DNA from: Macrostomum lignano
Taxonomy: Eukaryota
Reading direction: 5' to 3'
NCBI GenBank assembly: GCA_002269645.1
Contig: NIVC01004696.1
Coordinates: 1-37,801, forward strand
DNA length: 37,801 nt
The notes beneath the pieces are model-generated. The model had not been told where the DNA came from. It saw only the letters and a program-made list of their open reading frames with translations, and ran no database searches. The translations under genes were made by a program, and so were the position numbers. Positions within the stretch are counted from its first letter, which is position 1; each line of letters starts with the position of its first letter. Of this stretch, positions 12,143 through 24,603 are shown piece after piece.

Positions 12143-12959
12143 GCTTTGATTTACCGACTGGAAGTGAACTATGCAAAAAGATTATTGTCTTAGAGATTTT
12201 TTGGCAAGTTTTTAAGTTGAACACGAAACTACGGCTTTCTGCGACAAACAAAGTTTATAAAGTGTCTTAGTAAATATTCTGACTAAGAAAATTTTTTTAG
12301 CGGAGCTTGTCTTTTAATTGATCAAGCGTTTAGAAAGTAAAAGTAAGTTCTTATTCTCTTTCAGCTTCTTTTCTCGTTAGATCTTTCTGGTTAGACATTC
12401 AATTATTATAATATTACTGTACCTGCTATACTGAATATCACGTGTTTGTTAAGTGATAGTTACGAAGTAAATCATTTCTACTTGTAAGTGATAATTACTT
12501 CTGCCTGATATCTACACGTTGTCAGTTTGTTTTACCAGTTTGTATACGTTCGTAAATGAAGGAGATAACCAGCATGTTTTCAATGCCAATGCATTTCATC
12601 CACAATGGACATCGTCAGGGCTTACTAAATTTATTAAAGGAAGTGAAAGTTTTTGCTCTTATATATTGACTTGAACAATTGTAATATTTGACATAGGATT
12701 AAAAACTAAGTACAAAACTGGGTACACAAGTTTGGGTGAAAGGCTTTTACATATCAAAACAGTCCAGTCCGGTTATTGAGCGAACTAAAAAAAGTTAAAG
12801 TTGACGGCTAGCACCTCCCATGGCAAGCTGATTGTTCAGAGTAGTTTGTTGGGCCTTAATGTGCATAGCGTCTAATAAGCTAAGTTTGTTATCGTTCTTA
12901 CAAAATTCTATAGTCAATCATTTCGTATGGTTCAGTGTCACAGCAGCTCTTGCAGGTGA

Positions 12960-13300
12960 GCAAATGTTCATTAATGGCAGATTTTTTAGCCGGTGTTCTC
13001 TAACCCTCGTGTACAGGTGTCGTTTGGTCTTTCCTATATAGGAAATGCTCTTGTCATCAGAGCAATTAAATTTGTAAACAAAACCTGCAGCGAGAGGTCG
13101 GGGAACACTGGATTTCAGATTGTTCTGTTTGAGCCATAGAATTCTAGATAATATGGAAGTGAAGGCTTTTAAAAAGGGTTTGAAAATTTTACATAACCGG
13201 GCCGACTGTTTTTTCTTATTCCGTCTGACAAAACTGGGCCGTTGCTTCCCATAAAAGGGGTGTTGAGTGAGGGCCAATGAAATTTGGATGCTTGAATAGG
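12960..13300 (-). mobile_element. Penelope-like element fragment (GIY-YIG endonuclease region)
   Basis: VYKFNCSDDKSISYIGKTKRHLYTRVREH matches the PLE GIY-YIG pattern, preceded by an LxxPFYGK segment typical of the PLE linker. No clear RT core is visible; boundaries are approximate. Confidence 0.65.
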
Positions 13301-15545
13301 AGCACTGGGCCGTTGTACATAAGTCCGAAACAATTTTTTAGGGTTATGGGAATGCGCTTTGTAGAGATAGAGATAACTGCCATTTGAGTGCACGGGTGAG
13401 GGCTGTATAAATGTGCTTAAGGAAGGGGATTCGAAAAGGAACATTTCTATAAATAGTTCACTGTACTCGCTACCCTCTGCAAAAGGAGCACGGGACCATG
13501 GTGGGACAGGATATGATGCGGGTAAGAGAAAGAAACTGTACATTTATATGCGCAAGTCTTTGTTGTGTTGGTAAGATATAAGAAAACTTACAGAGGAGTT
13601 GCCAGAGGAAAAGAGCAGCTCTGCTTTTTCCACAGCAGGTTTCAGTCACACCAAGAGCTTCAAAATCTACCAGGCTTCCTTGCAGATTGCAAACGCTGGT
13701 TCGGACGGTACCGTGGCGTTAAGCCTCCTTGGTTATTCTTTCGCAGGAACGTAGAAGGGGCTTCGTTCACGTATCGTTCATCGTCAACAGCAACCAGCAG
13801 TTCGTCACAGGCTCGACAGTTTTTTGCACTAAAATCGACTTGGCGGAACTTGCCTGCGACGTAGAAAGTGACGACGTGATGTCATCAGCATCGCCTATTT
13901 CTCCCACTGCCTCCAGTTCGAGCTCAGTTTCATTGACTTCTTAATCTAGGCCTCAGGTGCTGCTTGATGATTTCGCTGCAAGGTAATGAATCTCCTGAGG
14001 CGCAACTGGCTGAACTTCAGAAGCGACACTGAGCGGATGGCTTTCTCGCTTAGGCCCTTTCTTTTACAGATTTTCCAGTCGCGCACGTTTTTTACACCAG
14101 TAAGATAGTAGAGCTGTCAGTCTATTATCCGATCTGAGACTGGATCTCGGCTGCAATCTCTCTTGTGCCTACCGATTGTGCTCGACTGCTCGCCCTCACG
14201 CTATGAATATGCCAGAGCGGAACAATAGATTGAACAAAAATTCCTGTCTCATTTCACTGCTTGCCCTGATTTTCAGAATTATATTCAAGCGCCCTGGCGG
14301 TTTACGAGCTAGGTGACTTTTTTGAATGCTCTTTGGATCAATCACGCTGAAAGTCAACTTTAAAGCCAGCTTTAAAGGCTTTTGCTTTTCAATGTTCACA
14401 GATTAACCGAGGAGGCTAAAAGGTACAGTCAGAACCAGCGTTTGCAATCTGTAAGAAAGCCTGGCAGATTTTGAAGCTCCAGAGCAGTAGCAGGCTTTTA
14501 AATTCACAGCACAGGCACACCATTCTGTTTGAGTCAGCATGCTCACTGCTCAGCTATAGCCTATATTCGAAAATCTACCAAAATGCAATTCCAAACGCAT
14601 TCTTAAAGATCAGCAAAAGTCAGCATATTATTTTGCAACTGATCTGCCGCAAAATGTTTAACGCAGCTGCTAAAGCTGGACTCGGCGACTATTAAGCCAA
14701 CCAGCTAGCTCTACCAGGAAATTATTGCGAAGTGAATTTATTGCTGCTTTTTCTATTGGACTTAATCATCAAAATAGAATTTTAACTATATTAACAAAGT
14801 AAAATAATTGTAATGATGATTGAATGAATTGAATTTCTTAATTTGAACTCAAATTTATTTCTTGATCAGAAACAGAAAAATCATTGTTGGAATGAGATTC
14901 AATGGGAATCCTACACTCACGTATTTTCAAGTCGGCCCGGTTATGTAAAGATCCAAAAAGCCTTCACTTCCATATTATCTAGAATTCTATGGTTTGAGCT
15001 AAGTGATTTATACGAGCCATAAAGTTAAAGCCACCAAATGTTAGCTAAAGAAGGGATTTTTTCAGTACAGTTGGAAGAAAAATAGTCAATACAGAAGTCA
15101 AAAAGCCTGCAGTAAGTATAGCTTTTTAGCTGGATAAAGCTCGTTTAACGTTTCTAGAGACAAAGGATTTATTGTAGAGAAAGTTTCAGATGGATCAGAT
15201 CAAAGGACGGCACTTTTGAGTTTATTTACGAAGAAGTCTTTGTTAGGCCCCGGATTTTCGGACCAATCAAAGCAGTTTGGAAATGTTTTTCGATCAAATT
15301 CCTAAACAGAAACCTATTAAGACACGCTAATTGGCCTCATTTTAGCATTGAGATGCAGAACTGAATTTAAAAAATCATTGCCCACAACTATGAGCTCGTT
15401 ATTGAAAGAATTCACAGATCTAAAAGGTCTGCCACGCCCAAAAATCGATCGATTCATTAATTGCACAGCAAACAAAGAACCGGAAATAGGGTATAAAAAT
15501 CTCAAGTATCGCCAAAAATTTTCCCCAGCACTGAAACACTCGAAG

Positions 15546-16554
15546 ATGTCACTCGCAGACGACTTTCGCATCGCCCTCATTGCCATCCTGGCCATGTCTA
15601 TTGTATTCAACGCATTATTTGTCGTCTTTACCGTGCGCCGGAAGATCGGGAGTCGACTCTGCACCATCCTGCTGCGCTCTCAAGCGGTCATTGATCTGCT
15701 TCTCATGAGCGCCAACATTCTGGTCATTCAGTTTCGTACATACGTACCTGCGCCTAGCCAGTCAGCGTCTGATGTTGCCTGGCTGATCTACTGCAAACTT
15801 TACCCTAGTCAAGTGATTTACTGGAGCCTGGTCTGCATGAGCGTCTACAACATTCTCTGCGTTTCAATTGAGCGTTGTATTTGTCTTTGCTGCCCATTCT
15901 GGTACAGATTGAACAAGCGAAGGCTCCTTACCATTCTCGCCATTGTCATTGCAGTTTCCCCATTCCTGGTAGAAGCCCCGTACTGTCTAGTTACGAGAAA
16001 CGTGGTCTACACTGACAATGGAAATGGAACAGTATTGAAGAGTTGTATTTACAACTTTATCAATGCGCAAGGAGAAAAAATAGTTGGTATATTGTACGTG
16101 ACGCTGTTCTGGATTGTTCCATTCTGCGCTATCGTGGTCCTGTATTTATGCATCATCCACCGAATTCGTCAGTCATCTAGCATGAGAGTGATTTCAGCTG
16201 GTGGTAGTAGCGGCAACGTGAGTACGGCGGCCAAGAAGCTGACCTTGACAACTGGGGTCACGGCAGCAGCTTTTGTGCTGCTATTCGACAGCGTCAGTGG
16301 ACAGCGTCACATTTCTGCTGGGCAACATCGAAATTCGAATCGTATTATCCCCCTTCTTTGACCAGCTTGACTCGTTTCTGGTTAGCATGAATAGCGCAGT
16401 GAATCCGCTGATCTACCTGATCTTCATGCCGGAGTTTCGCAACTTTCTTCTATGCTCAAGTCGCTCAACAAAGGCATCCGAGACTGACAAAACCCGAAAC
16501 AAGCCGGTGGTTGCAAACTCCGCCACAGAGATGACGCAGATCTCTCCTGGTTGA
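15546..16554 (+). pseudogene. Class A GPCR paralogue 2, frameshifted in TM6 by a 7-nt insertion (16287-16293)
   Basis: Collinear with paralogues 1 and 3 from MSLADDF through SIERC. Removing GACAGCG restores LLFSVDSVTFLL...NSAVNPLIY. Confidence 0.85.
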
Positions 16555-17523
16555 TCTAGCTAAGCTGCGTATAACAATTTCTGAACCGAAAGTAGCAACC
16601 AAAAGTAGCACGGATTTTTTATAGTACATAAGTCTTCTTCTATGTACTCGTAGGTTTAGCTGACTAACTATCTGAATACATATTTTTGACTACATTAAAC
16701 TTGTGTGTAGCTAGTACTAAATAAAAGATCTCGAACTGGTTTCGAAGGTAACTGACAAAACACTCGTGTAGACATTGTATTTTACTGACTTTGAGACTCT
16801 TTTAGAAGTGATTTTGTAAACTTTAAAAATTAGTTTGAATTGAGAATCTGTATGCATAACATCAGTGCGATAAATTATGGGAAACCTTTGAGGCAAAACC
16901 AACGATACTACTGGTGAATAGAAACAGCATGCAGCAATAAAGTCAACATTTTTGGATATTGTAAAAATGGTATCTAGCAAGAACGTAGATTATTGATTTG
17001 CCAACTAAGATATTCTCACCCTCGCCGAATCTTCGTGAAAATTTCCTGTCTATAGAACTGAGTGAGGCCGTGTCTTGACAGCACATTCTCTCAATCCGAC
17101 AAGACATCAGGAGTAGCATTGTGAAGTACAAGTGGAAACATAGCTAGAGTGGATTGTTTGTCACTCAGCCGATATGATATACAAAACTGCAATTCTTCAG
17201 GGTAGCCAGTACTACAAAACTCTATCAAATATTGAACCTATTCCTCTCATAAGTACAAGCCATAGGTGGATCAGTGGATGATGGATAAGCAAATAGGATC
17301 GATTAGAAACAGAAAAGGGTAACTCAGCAAACATAAAAAATTGCTTCCTTTTGACTAAAGTGGAATATGGAAACGCAAATAAGTATCGCTGTATCCTATA
17401 AGTATCCGTTATTAAAGTACCTTGCGATCTCACTCTCCCCACAACAGATACATATATATACGAAAATGTACAATTGTATTCATGTACTACCATGAAAACC
17501 TAGGAAACAGAAAAAAGTGTACA

Positions 17524-18465
17524 ATGTCAATTGAAAACGGATTTCGCATTGCATTAGTCACTCTATTGTGCGTTTCGTTTCTCCTCAACACCGTATTCGT
17601 TGGCTTCACAGTGCGACGCAAGATCGGCACCCGTCTCTGCACCGCCCTGCTGCGCAGTCAATCAGTCATCGACCTGCTGCTCATGGCGGCAAACTTACTG
17701 ATCATGCAGTTCAACAGTTACTTGCCGGAGCTCAGCCAATCGATTGCAGATGTTTGGTGGCAGATCTACTGCAAATTGTTTGCTAGCAGAGTTATTTATT
17801 GGAGCCTGGTCAGCATGAGCGTCTACAATCTTCTCGGCATCGCCGTTAAGCGCTGCGTTTGCCTCTGCTGTCCATTTTTGTACCGCGTGAACAAACGCAA
17901 GCTGCTAATAGGGATTTCAGTCACCATCGCAGTTTCGCCGCTTCTTGTTGAGGCACCTTACTGTCTGCTTTCAACAATGCTTAGTTATCAGGAAGTGAAC
18001 AATGGAACCAGCCACAAAAGCTGCATCTATGAACTCGATCGTCAGGCGGAACTAGGCTTCAGTGTTGCCTACGTGACATTGTTCTGGATTCTACCGTTCT
18101 GCGCAATCCTGCTGCTCTACCTGTGCATCATTATTCGAATTCGACGTTCAGTCAGCATGAGAGAGGACTCGGACGCTGGCTGCAGAGTTGGCAGAGCCGC
18201 TAGAAAACTTACCTTGACGACGGGCGTCACCGCCATTGCTTTCGTTTTCCTGTTTGCAATGGACAGCGTCACCTTTCTGCTTTATACTCTTGGCACCGGA
18301 TTTGTTCTACCGAAGTTTCTGGCCGAACTGGACTCGTTCCTGGTGAGCATGAACAGCGCGGTTAATCCGCTTATCTACTTGATCTTCCTGCCCGAGTTTC
18401 GTCACTTTATGCTCTGCTTTCGAAGTTCAGGAAGTGCAGAAGGTTCAGGTATCCCACGCACCTAA
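17524..18465 (+). CDS. Intronless class A GPCR paralogue 3, 313 aa
   Basis: Aligns end to end with paralogue 1; AVKRC at the DRY position and NSAVNPLIY. ATG chosen by alignment to the paralogue N-termini. Confidence 0.92.
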   Translation: MSIENGFRIALVTLLCVSFLLNTVFVGFTVRRKIGTRLCTALLRSQSVIDLLLMAANLLIMQFNSYLPELSQSIADVWWQIYCKLFASRVIYWSLVSMSVYNLLGIAVKRCVCLCCPFLYRVNKRKLLIGISVTIAVSPLLVEAPYCLLSTMLSYQEVNNGTSHKSCIYELDRQAELGFSVAYVTLFWILPFCAILLLYLCIIIRIRRSVSMREDSDAGCRVGRAARKLTLTTGVTAIAFVFLFAMDSVTFLLYTLGTGFVLPKFLAELDSFLVSMNSAVNPLIYLIFLPEFRHFMLCFRSSGSAEGSGIPRT

Positions 18466-20599
18466 TTGGAATGCTGAATATGCTTTTTAGTTGCAATCCG
18501 ATTTTTGTTCGTTGCTTTTTATTTACGCCTTAAATCGCCTTCAAATAAGCGACTGGAACTTTAACTGGAACTCTATTTTCCTTGAGTCTGTGCTGAGCTA
18601 GAAACACACCAGATTTATTGATAAAGCCGTGATATATAACTCTGGTAATGCTGATACAACAGTCTTTTATGTATTCAATTATCCCCTTTCACTGTCATGT
18701 TAATTTTATTGTACTGCTTCAATTATTCTTCGCTTGCTGTATTCTACTGAAAGAAAACTATTTGGAAATTTCGGAGTTTGGTGAATTTTTTTGCAAAAAT
18801 GATAAAGTCATCAAGTTTAGCATCGATAAAACAGAATTTCGAGCGCTAAGAGCAAAGATTGGTAAATATAATCAGCAACATTAAAAAGTCGCCACTCTAT
18901 GCGCCACTACGCCAGTGAGCGATTTCTCTTTGGACTATTCTGAAATAAAGGATGCAATGAAAACTGATCGGGGTAGCTTTAATCCGTCCAATCCTCGCAC
19001 ACCACTTCATTCCTCAACTCAAGTCTGCCAACTCTGCAAACTCTCAACTCGATGTTGCTGAGTATATTTTTCTGTCAGCAAAGTGATCTTTGAACTTTTA
19101 ATCTTTGAAAACTTCAGTTAATAAATGAAGCAACACTTAAATAAATCTTTATTTATCATTAAATATATGATTAAGCTTTTCTTGACTAGTCTACTATGCC
19201 AACATATCCGTTCCCGACGGCTTGGACCGAAATCGTGCCAAACTCAAACCCAAATTGCTTATAGCTCGTAGATCACTAGTGATAGCTCAGACTAGATAGA
19301 AAGTACTCAATAAAAGCTATGCTAGCTGGTACTATGAAACTTAACAAAATATAGGTTAGGAAACGATGAAAATTGAGCCAAAGGCACTATAGAGTATCAC
19401 TTATTAACAAAATGCTACTATGAGTAGAGTAACGTATAAACTCGCAGTAAAATTGAAACTATGAACTATGTTAAGCATTATAACGAAAAAATGAATCATT
19501 TTACCATTTATAACACAAAAATAAACCATGATCCTTCTGTGATGTATGTGTTACGCGTATTTGATTATCGAGAGCAGCGTTGTTATCGGCCGTTATTGAT
19601 CTATTAATTTCTGTTGAATTATTGAATTAAAGGCCTCCATATTCCTAAGGGATTGAATTGAATTGTCCTAATCTAAATTTGCTCTCATATACTACCGCCG
19701 TCAGAATTGAAGAGGAAACAACCAAGCGCGGAAGAACCTACACTACGAGAAGAAGAGCCCACAACAATACGTGTTTAGTAAAGTTACGAGTAGTTTCCAG
19801 ACTTCAGTCAGGAAGTGAGAATTCGTGCATTTAGGCACTATACATAATCCTCCCTCGCTAAAGCGAACTCTCCAGCATATTTCTATATTAATTGGTAACA
19901 GAAATTTTTCAGAAAAGCTTCGCTGAACCGACTTTCCCATGCTTATTACCCTAGTATGCGAATTGACACACATCGGCTAGACTAGGTGAAGCTCATTCTA
20001 ATCACAGATTAACCCTTTCAGCTTTGGAAACGAAAATCTTTATTTGCCGAAGCGCAGACTAAATCGAGAGGCCGTTTGTCAACAATAGTCTCGTACAAAA
20101 ATGGGGGCTACATCGGATTGTTCGCCCATTAGCTTACACGTATTTTATAGTTTTTTTAAGCTGAGCTGACTAGCAGAGCTGTGAATTATTCGAGTCACCA
20201 AGCTAATTGGAATTATCCGAAAAGTTTTATAAATAAAGCTTGGCTGACTGCAGTTCAGGATGCGCTCGCTTCTGCATAGGACGCCTAAAATGCCGCCAAA
20301 GTAAATACGTCAAAATTATCATTTTCATGCGTTGTATAAAAACGTTTATTGAAAAGCCTCTGCAGCCTTTTACGACTATTAAAACATTGAACCTTCACGA
20401 TTGATTTAGCGTGGATCAAAATTTTTTTATTACTAAGGCTTAAAATCTACAGGTATTCGACTAAAACTTTTTGTTCGGACAAGTTTCAGAATGATCATTT
20501 TTTCAAATCTCATAAGTCAGTATAGCTTAAAGGTAAGTATTGAAATAATAAAAGCAACCAAACACTCTGTCAGTCATTTCCCCAAAACATCAGTGTCAC

Positions 20600-21200
20600 A
20601 GAACGCTTCCAAGAGCCTGAGTGCGAAAATCGCCGCTAATCGAATAATCGCCGAATCGTCGCCGCCGCCGGAAAGTCGACAGAATTCCGATTGCGCACCT
20701 GCTCTCTTCGGTAGGGTGCCTGCAGCGTTAGCAGCAGCGCCTTTTTGTACCGTCTGTGGGCAGTACTACTCGGCATGGATGATATGGCCTACCAGCTGGA
20801 GGCAGATCGCTTGGACGGACCCAGCTAGCGCGGTGATACAGTGCCGCGTCGAAAACTCGCTCGTCGTCGAGTTTAAAGGCGTCGCAAAGCAGACCAGTGT
20901 GCGCCACGTCAACTTATTATTCGAGAGAGTCAGTCGGGATTCAGATCTCGGCGTTGTAAAGCATGATTGTCTTGAGTACCGCCTGAAACAATGATGCTTT
21001 CTGGCGGTCGGGTAGAGCCCCAGACAGCAGAAATTCCCTCACAGAACGAAAGGCAGCGCAGGCAAGCCCAAGGCGACGCCGCAGATTCTCGCAGATGTCG
21101 GAAAACAGACCACCGAACTAGACAAACTTCTGCTGACATAGCGGTAATTGCCCAGAAGCACCTCGGCACAAATAGCGACCGACGATGTCGGTCAATGATC
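20600..21200 (-). mobile_element. Degenerate RTE-like non-LTR retrotransposon 3' fragment (RT thumb region)
   Basis: A minus frame with stops reads QKFV*FGG...DICENLRRRLGLACAAFRSVREFLLSGALPDRQKASLFQAVLKTIMLYNAEI*IPTDSLE**VDVAHTGLL. This matches the LINE FxYLG...RIxxAxxAF...KxxLFxAxVxxxLLYxxExW pattern. Confidence 0.75.
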
Positions 21201-21617
21201 AATGTCGACCGACACGCAGACGATATAAGGCTACTTGTGCATCTTGTTCCGCATTCGTTAGTCGTTAGACCTGCGTGAGGGGGAGCGACGCGGGCCTAGG
21301 TTCGATTACAAGTGCAGTCACAATAATTTAGAGCTAAATTGGAATCTTGGCTTGAGGCTTGAGTCTGCTCGTGCAATTAAAGCTTTTATAAGGGTCAACT
21401 CACAAGGCACAGTGAAATGTACATGCCTAAATAAAAAAAAACGAAGTTAAGGTCGCTGTACACCTGTGTGTGCCCGTGTGCATGACTGCATACGTATCTG
21501 TACGCTTGTGTGCCTTCTCAGGAAAGTCAGTAAGCCCCCAATTGGAATTGGCAGTAAGCCCCCACAGCCCCCTACCTCTAATAAAAAAGAACTACCTGAG
21601 ACTTCGGCAAGTGGCCG

Positions 21618-21794
21618 AAGAAGCTAAAATTGACTTTGGACAGCTGCACCTTTCTGTTGTATGTTGGCGAGGGCATCATCACCATGCTTCTATTCTCGGA
21701 CAAAATGGACCCGTTTTTGGTCAGTCTTAGTAGTGCGGTGAATCCGCTGACATACCTTATTGTTATGAAAACATTTCGAAAGTTCTTTTCCTGA
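21618..21794 (+). pseudogene. Relic fourth GPCR paralogue (TM6-TM7 only, internal deletion)
   Basis: Reads KKLKLT-LDSCTFLLYVGEG...DPFLVSLSSAVNPLTYLIVMKTFRKF*, versus KKLTLT...LDSVTFFLY...DSFLVSMNSAVNPLIYLVFMPEFRRF in paralogue 1. This frame is not in the ORF track. Confidence 0.8.
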
Positions 21795-23842
21795 TGAGGT
21801 TTAGCAAGACCAGAAACCATGTACCAGTCTGTTTGGGAAGATGGTAGCTCAGTAAAAGTGATTCGTATGCAGGACGTGACTGTTCTTTGAAATGGAATCG
21901 ATTGGCAAGCAAACTTTTAATATTAAGATACATGTAACATTATTCAATATTTTGGCTACTCTTCACCTGTGAGTTTGTTTGAATAAACAGAAGTAATATG
22001 CTTCTTATCTACGTACTCGTACTCTCCTATGTGGATCCATGCGCAAGAGGCGAAAAATTAATCGAGCTGGTTACCATTCATTTAGTTTATTCTTGCTAAT
22101 TACGAGCTAGTTCTGGCCCAAAGCGGCTGGAGCAACCCCCCGCAGCTCAGAACTTTGCAAGCTTTCAAGTCCAGCTAGACCACGCTAGCTGCTCTGCCCT
22201 GGATTTCCACACGTATTTGGTCACGTTTCATCTTGACTTATACAGTTAATTAGGTATTCTCTCATTCTTAGGATTCAATAGTAGTCACCACGTAGATAGT
22301 AATATTTACAGGATGGAGGGATGAAAACAATTGAACGAAACGAGGTTCAGCGACATTGTCTCACAACCAGCGCTGACTCCTGAGTACATAGAAGGGCGCC
22401 AATACTGTACGCTGGCATGCACTCATACAGACCCTCACACAGGGTGTACACTGGCCCTGACTTTCTTATCATCAGACAGGTACAATATCTGGTGCCTAGT
22501 GAGTTGGCCCTCATGGGACTAGCCGATTTTCGTGCACAAGCTCAAAATTAATGTGGCGCACTCTGTACGCTCGTAGAGTCGTAGTCTAATTTTTTTCACG
22601 CGAGGTTTGTAATATTCGGTTTTTGATGGCCTCTGATGTAAAGGTTGCGATGACATTCACCATTTTGAGTTTTCCAAAAGTTGGGTTCCCTATATAAAAT
22701 CGATATGCGCTTGGCGGGCCAGCGACTGCCCGCTTCGCATTAAATAAACGCCACCCAAACCGAGGGCACGTGACATAGCTAGGCCAGGCCCACCACCCCC
22801 GCACCAACGCACAAGAGCCACGCCCCACTGTTTTAACACCCAACAAAGCTACGCTCGGTCGGACCAAAAAAACTGATAAACTTCAATCTCGTTGAGGCCT
22901 TTAGAGGAAAAAATCGGCCTCCAGTAAAATTTCTTCTTAGTTGGTTGCCAATTCACTTAACTGTGCATTTTATTTTATACATGTATAACGAGTCGAAGTT
23001 CTGAAATAAAAATTCTAAGCCATATAAAAGATAAAAAACATGAAGATCAGGAACGAACCGCAATCAAAGAGTTAAGAGTTAAAGACGTTTTCTGTGATAA
23101 TATCTTTAAAAAATCAGTCACGATTTCACATAGTTTCAGGTTCTCTAGGATAAGTGTAAAAACCAAACTTAAGAAGTAAGTCTGGCCCGCTAAATGGAAG
23201 AGTTGTACATCTTCCAAAGATCAAACCCACGGGGTGTTAAGGAAAATGTTAAGGAAAGCACAGTTTGAATTGTACAGCAAATTTTAACAAATTGACCAAG
23301 CTGGTACGAAAAAAGAACTTATATGCTAATTGGTTTGATAAAGTCTATGAAATCTACAAAATACCGGAAATAAAATATTGGGTTCTGTTTGCAGCCACAT
23401 ATGATTATCACTGAGCAACTATGGCTAACTGAATTTTAAGATCTAGGGTAGAATGAGTAGTCTGTAAAATTAAAAAAGATGACAGTACAATACACAAAAC
23501 TGAAGCGAAACAAATAAAATTCGAACATAGCTTATTGATTAGTTACGTTCAGTAACCATATGAAATGAAATATATCACCATTCACTTCGTCTTGTGCGAA
23601 TTCGCCGAATAGACTTCAATTCAGTTTCTGTTAAGAGACTATGAAGTTTGAACACCAGCACTACCGGTTGAGAAGAGGACAACTTCTGAAACTGCACTAC
23701 TTTGAGCCAAAACAGCGTGCGTAACACTAGGGATGTTGGTACTCAATTGAATTGATGCCAATAGCTTTTTATCATGCTTCACTGAAATAAGAAATAAAAT
23801 TGTATTATGACCAAATTGCCAGTCACAGGCCTATGAAATATT

Positions 23843-24262
23843 TCATTCAATCATTCCATCGCTATGCTTACATTCGAAAATTGTATCCTTTATGTCACCC
23901 TGAGCAAAGTGCTCGCCGAGATTTATCACAGCCTTGCAGAAAGGCGCCTTCAATGGCGAACTATCCGAGCCGCAAAGGCGAATCGCTATATGCAGCTCTT
24001 TGTCGGGCAATTTCTGAAAGCTGTAGTTAAATGTTGCCATGTAGTTGAACTGGATTTCGATTTCGTCGCCACTGCGCTTGCACTTGCTAGAATTCGACAA
24101 TTCTACTTTTGGTGAGTCGTTCCAGTTCCAGTCAGAATTCATACTAAATCCGACGGAACAGTTCGTTGCATCTAAAGGGAGAATTTCCTTCTGAAACTTT
24201 ACGCTGATGATATTCAATTTGCAAGTCTTTGTTCGGGCAGCTCGTATGTAGAGCTGCATCAT
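23843..24262 (-). CDS. Host ORF or exon, possibly a C2-like beta-sandwich (NT-C2/PACS-like); ATG 17 bp from the Polinton end
   Basis: Alternating hydrophobic strand pattern and KAVINLGEHF, resembling the xAxINLAEY motif of NT-C2 domains. Weak, by-eye recognition. Confidence 0.35.
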   Translation of the reverse strand: MMQLYIRAARTKTCKLNIISVKFQKEILPLDATNCSVGFSMNSDWNWNDSPKVELSNSSKCKRSGDEIEIQFNYMATFNYSFQKLPDKELHIAIRLCGSDSSPLKAPFCKAVINLGEHFAQGDIKDTIFECKHSDGMIE

Positions 24263-24278
24263 TTCATTCGTGACGCTA

Positions 24279-24546
24279 AGTAGTATATAAAAAGACGCTT
24301 CTAGACCCAGAGCACTTTTTTAATGACCGTTTTAAGGGTCTAGAGGGGGGACACGGGGGGTAAATAAAAAAACACATCTAAACACCCTTAACACATCTAA
24401 TCACCCATAATCACCCCTAACAATAAAAATCACTTCCCAACACTTCCAAACACTCCCCAACACCCCCCTCGCGTCCCCCCTCTTAAGACCTTACAAACGG
24501 CCATTAAAATAAGGTCTGATCTAGAAGCGTCTTTTTCTATACTACT
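24279..24546. repeat. Terminal fold-back: ~82-bp imperfect inverted repeats (24279-24360 / 24463-24546) around a C/A-rich spacer
   Basis: AGTAGTATATAAAAAGACGCTTCTAG... versus ...CTAGAAGCGTCTTTTTCTATACTACT; the arms align throughout with scattered mismatches. Confidence 0.92.
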
Positions 24547-24603
24547 ACTCTATAACCCCTTGCCCGCGCCGCAGGCGCGAAGGGTCTTTTTCTGTTACTA
24601 AAA

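Noticed and set aside
13560-14200. Coding-like GC-richer segment next to the Penelope fragment
   Set aside because: Several stops in the frame I translated and no motif I could recognise; it may be a decayed element but cannot be assigned.
15348-15545. N-terminal extensions of GPCR2 (and of GPCR3 at 17422-17523) in the ORF track
   Set aside because: They rely on non-ATG starts; paralogue alignment places the starts at 15546 and 17524.
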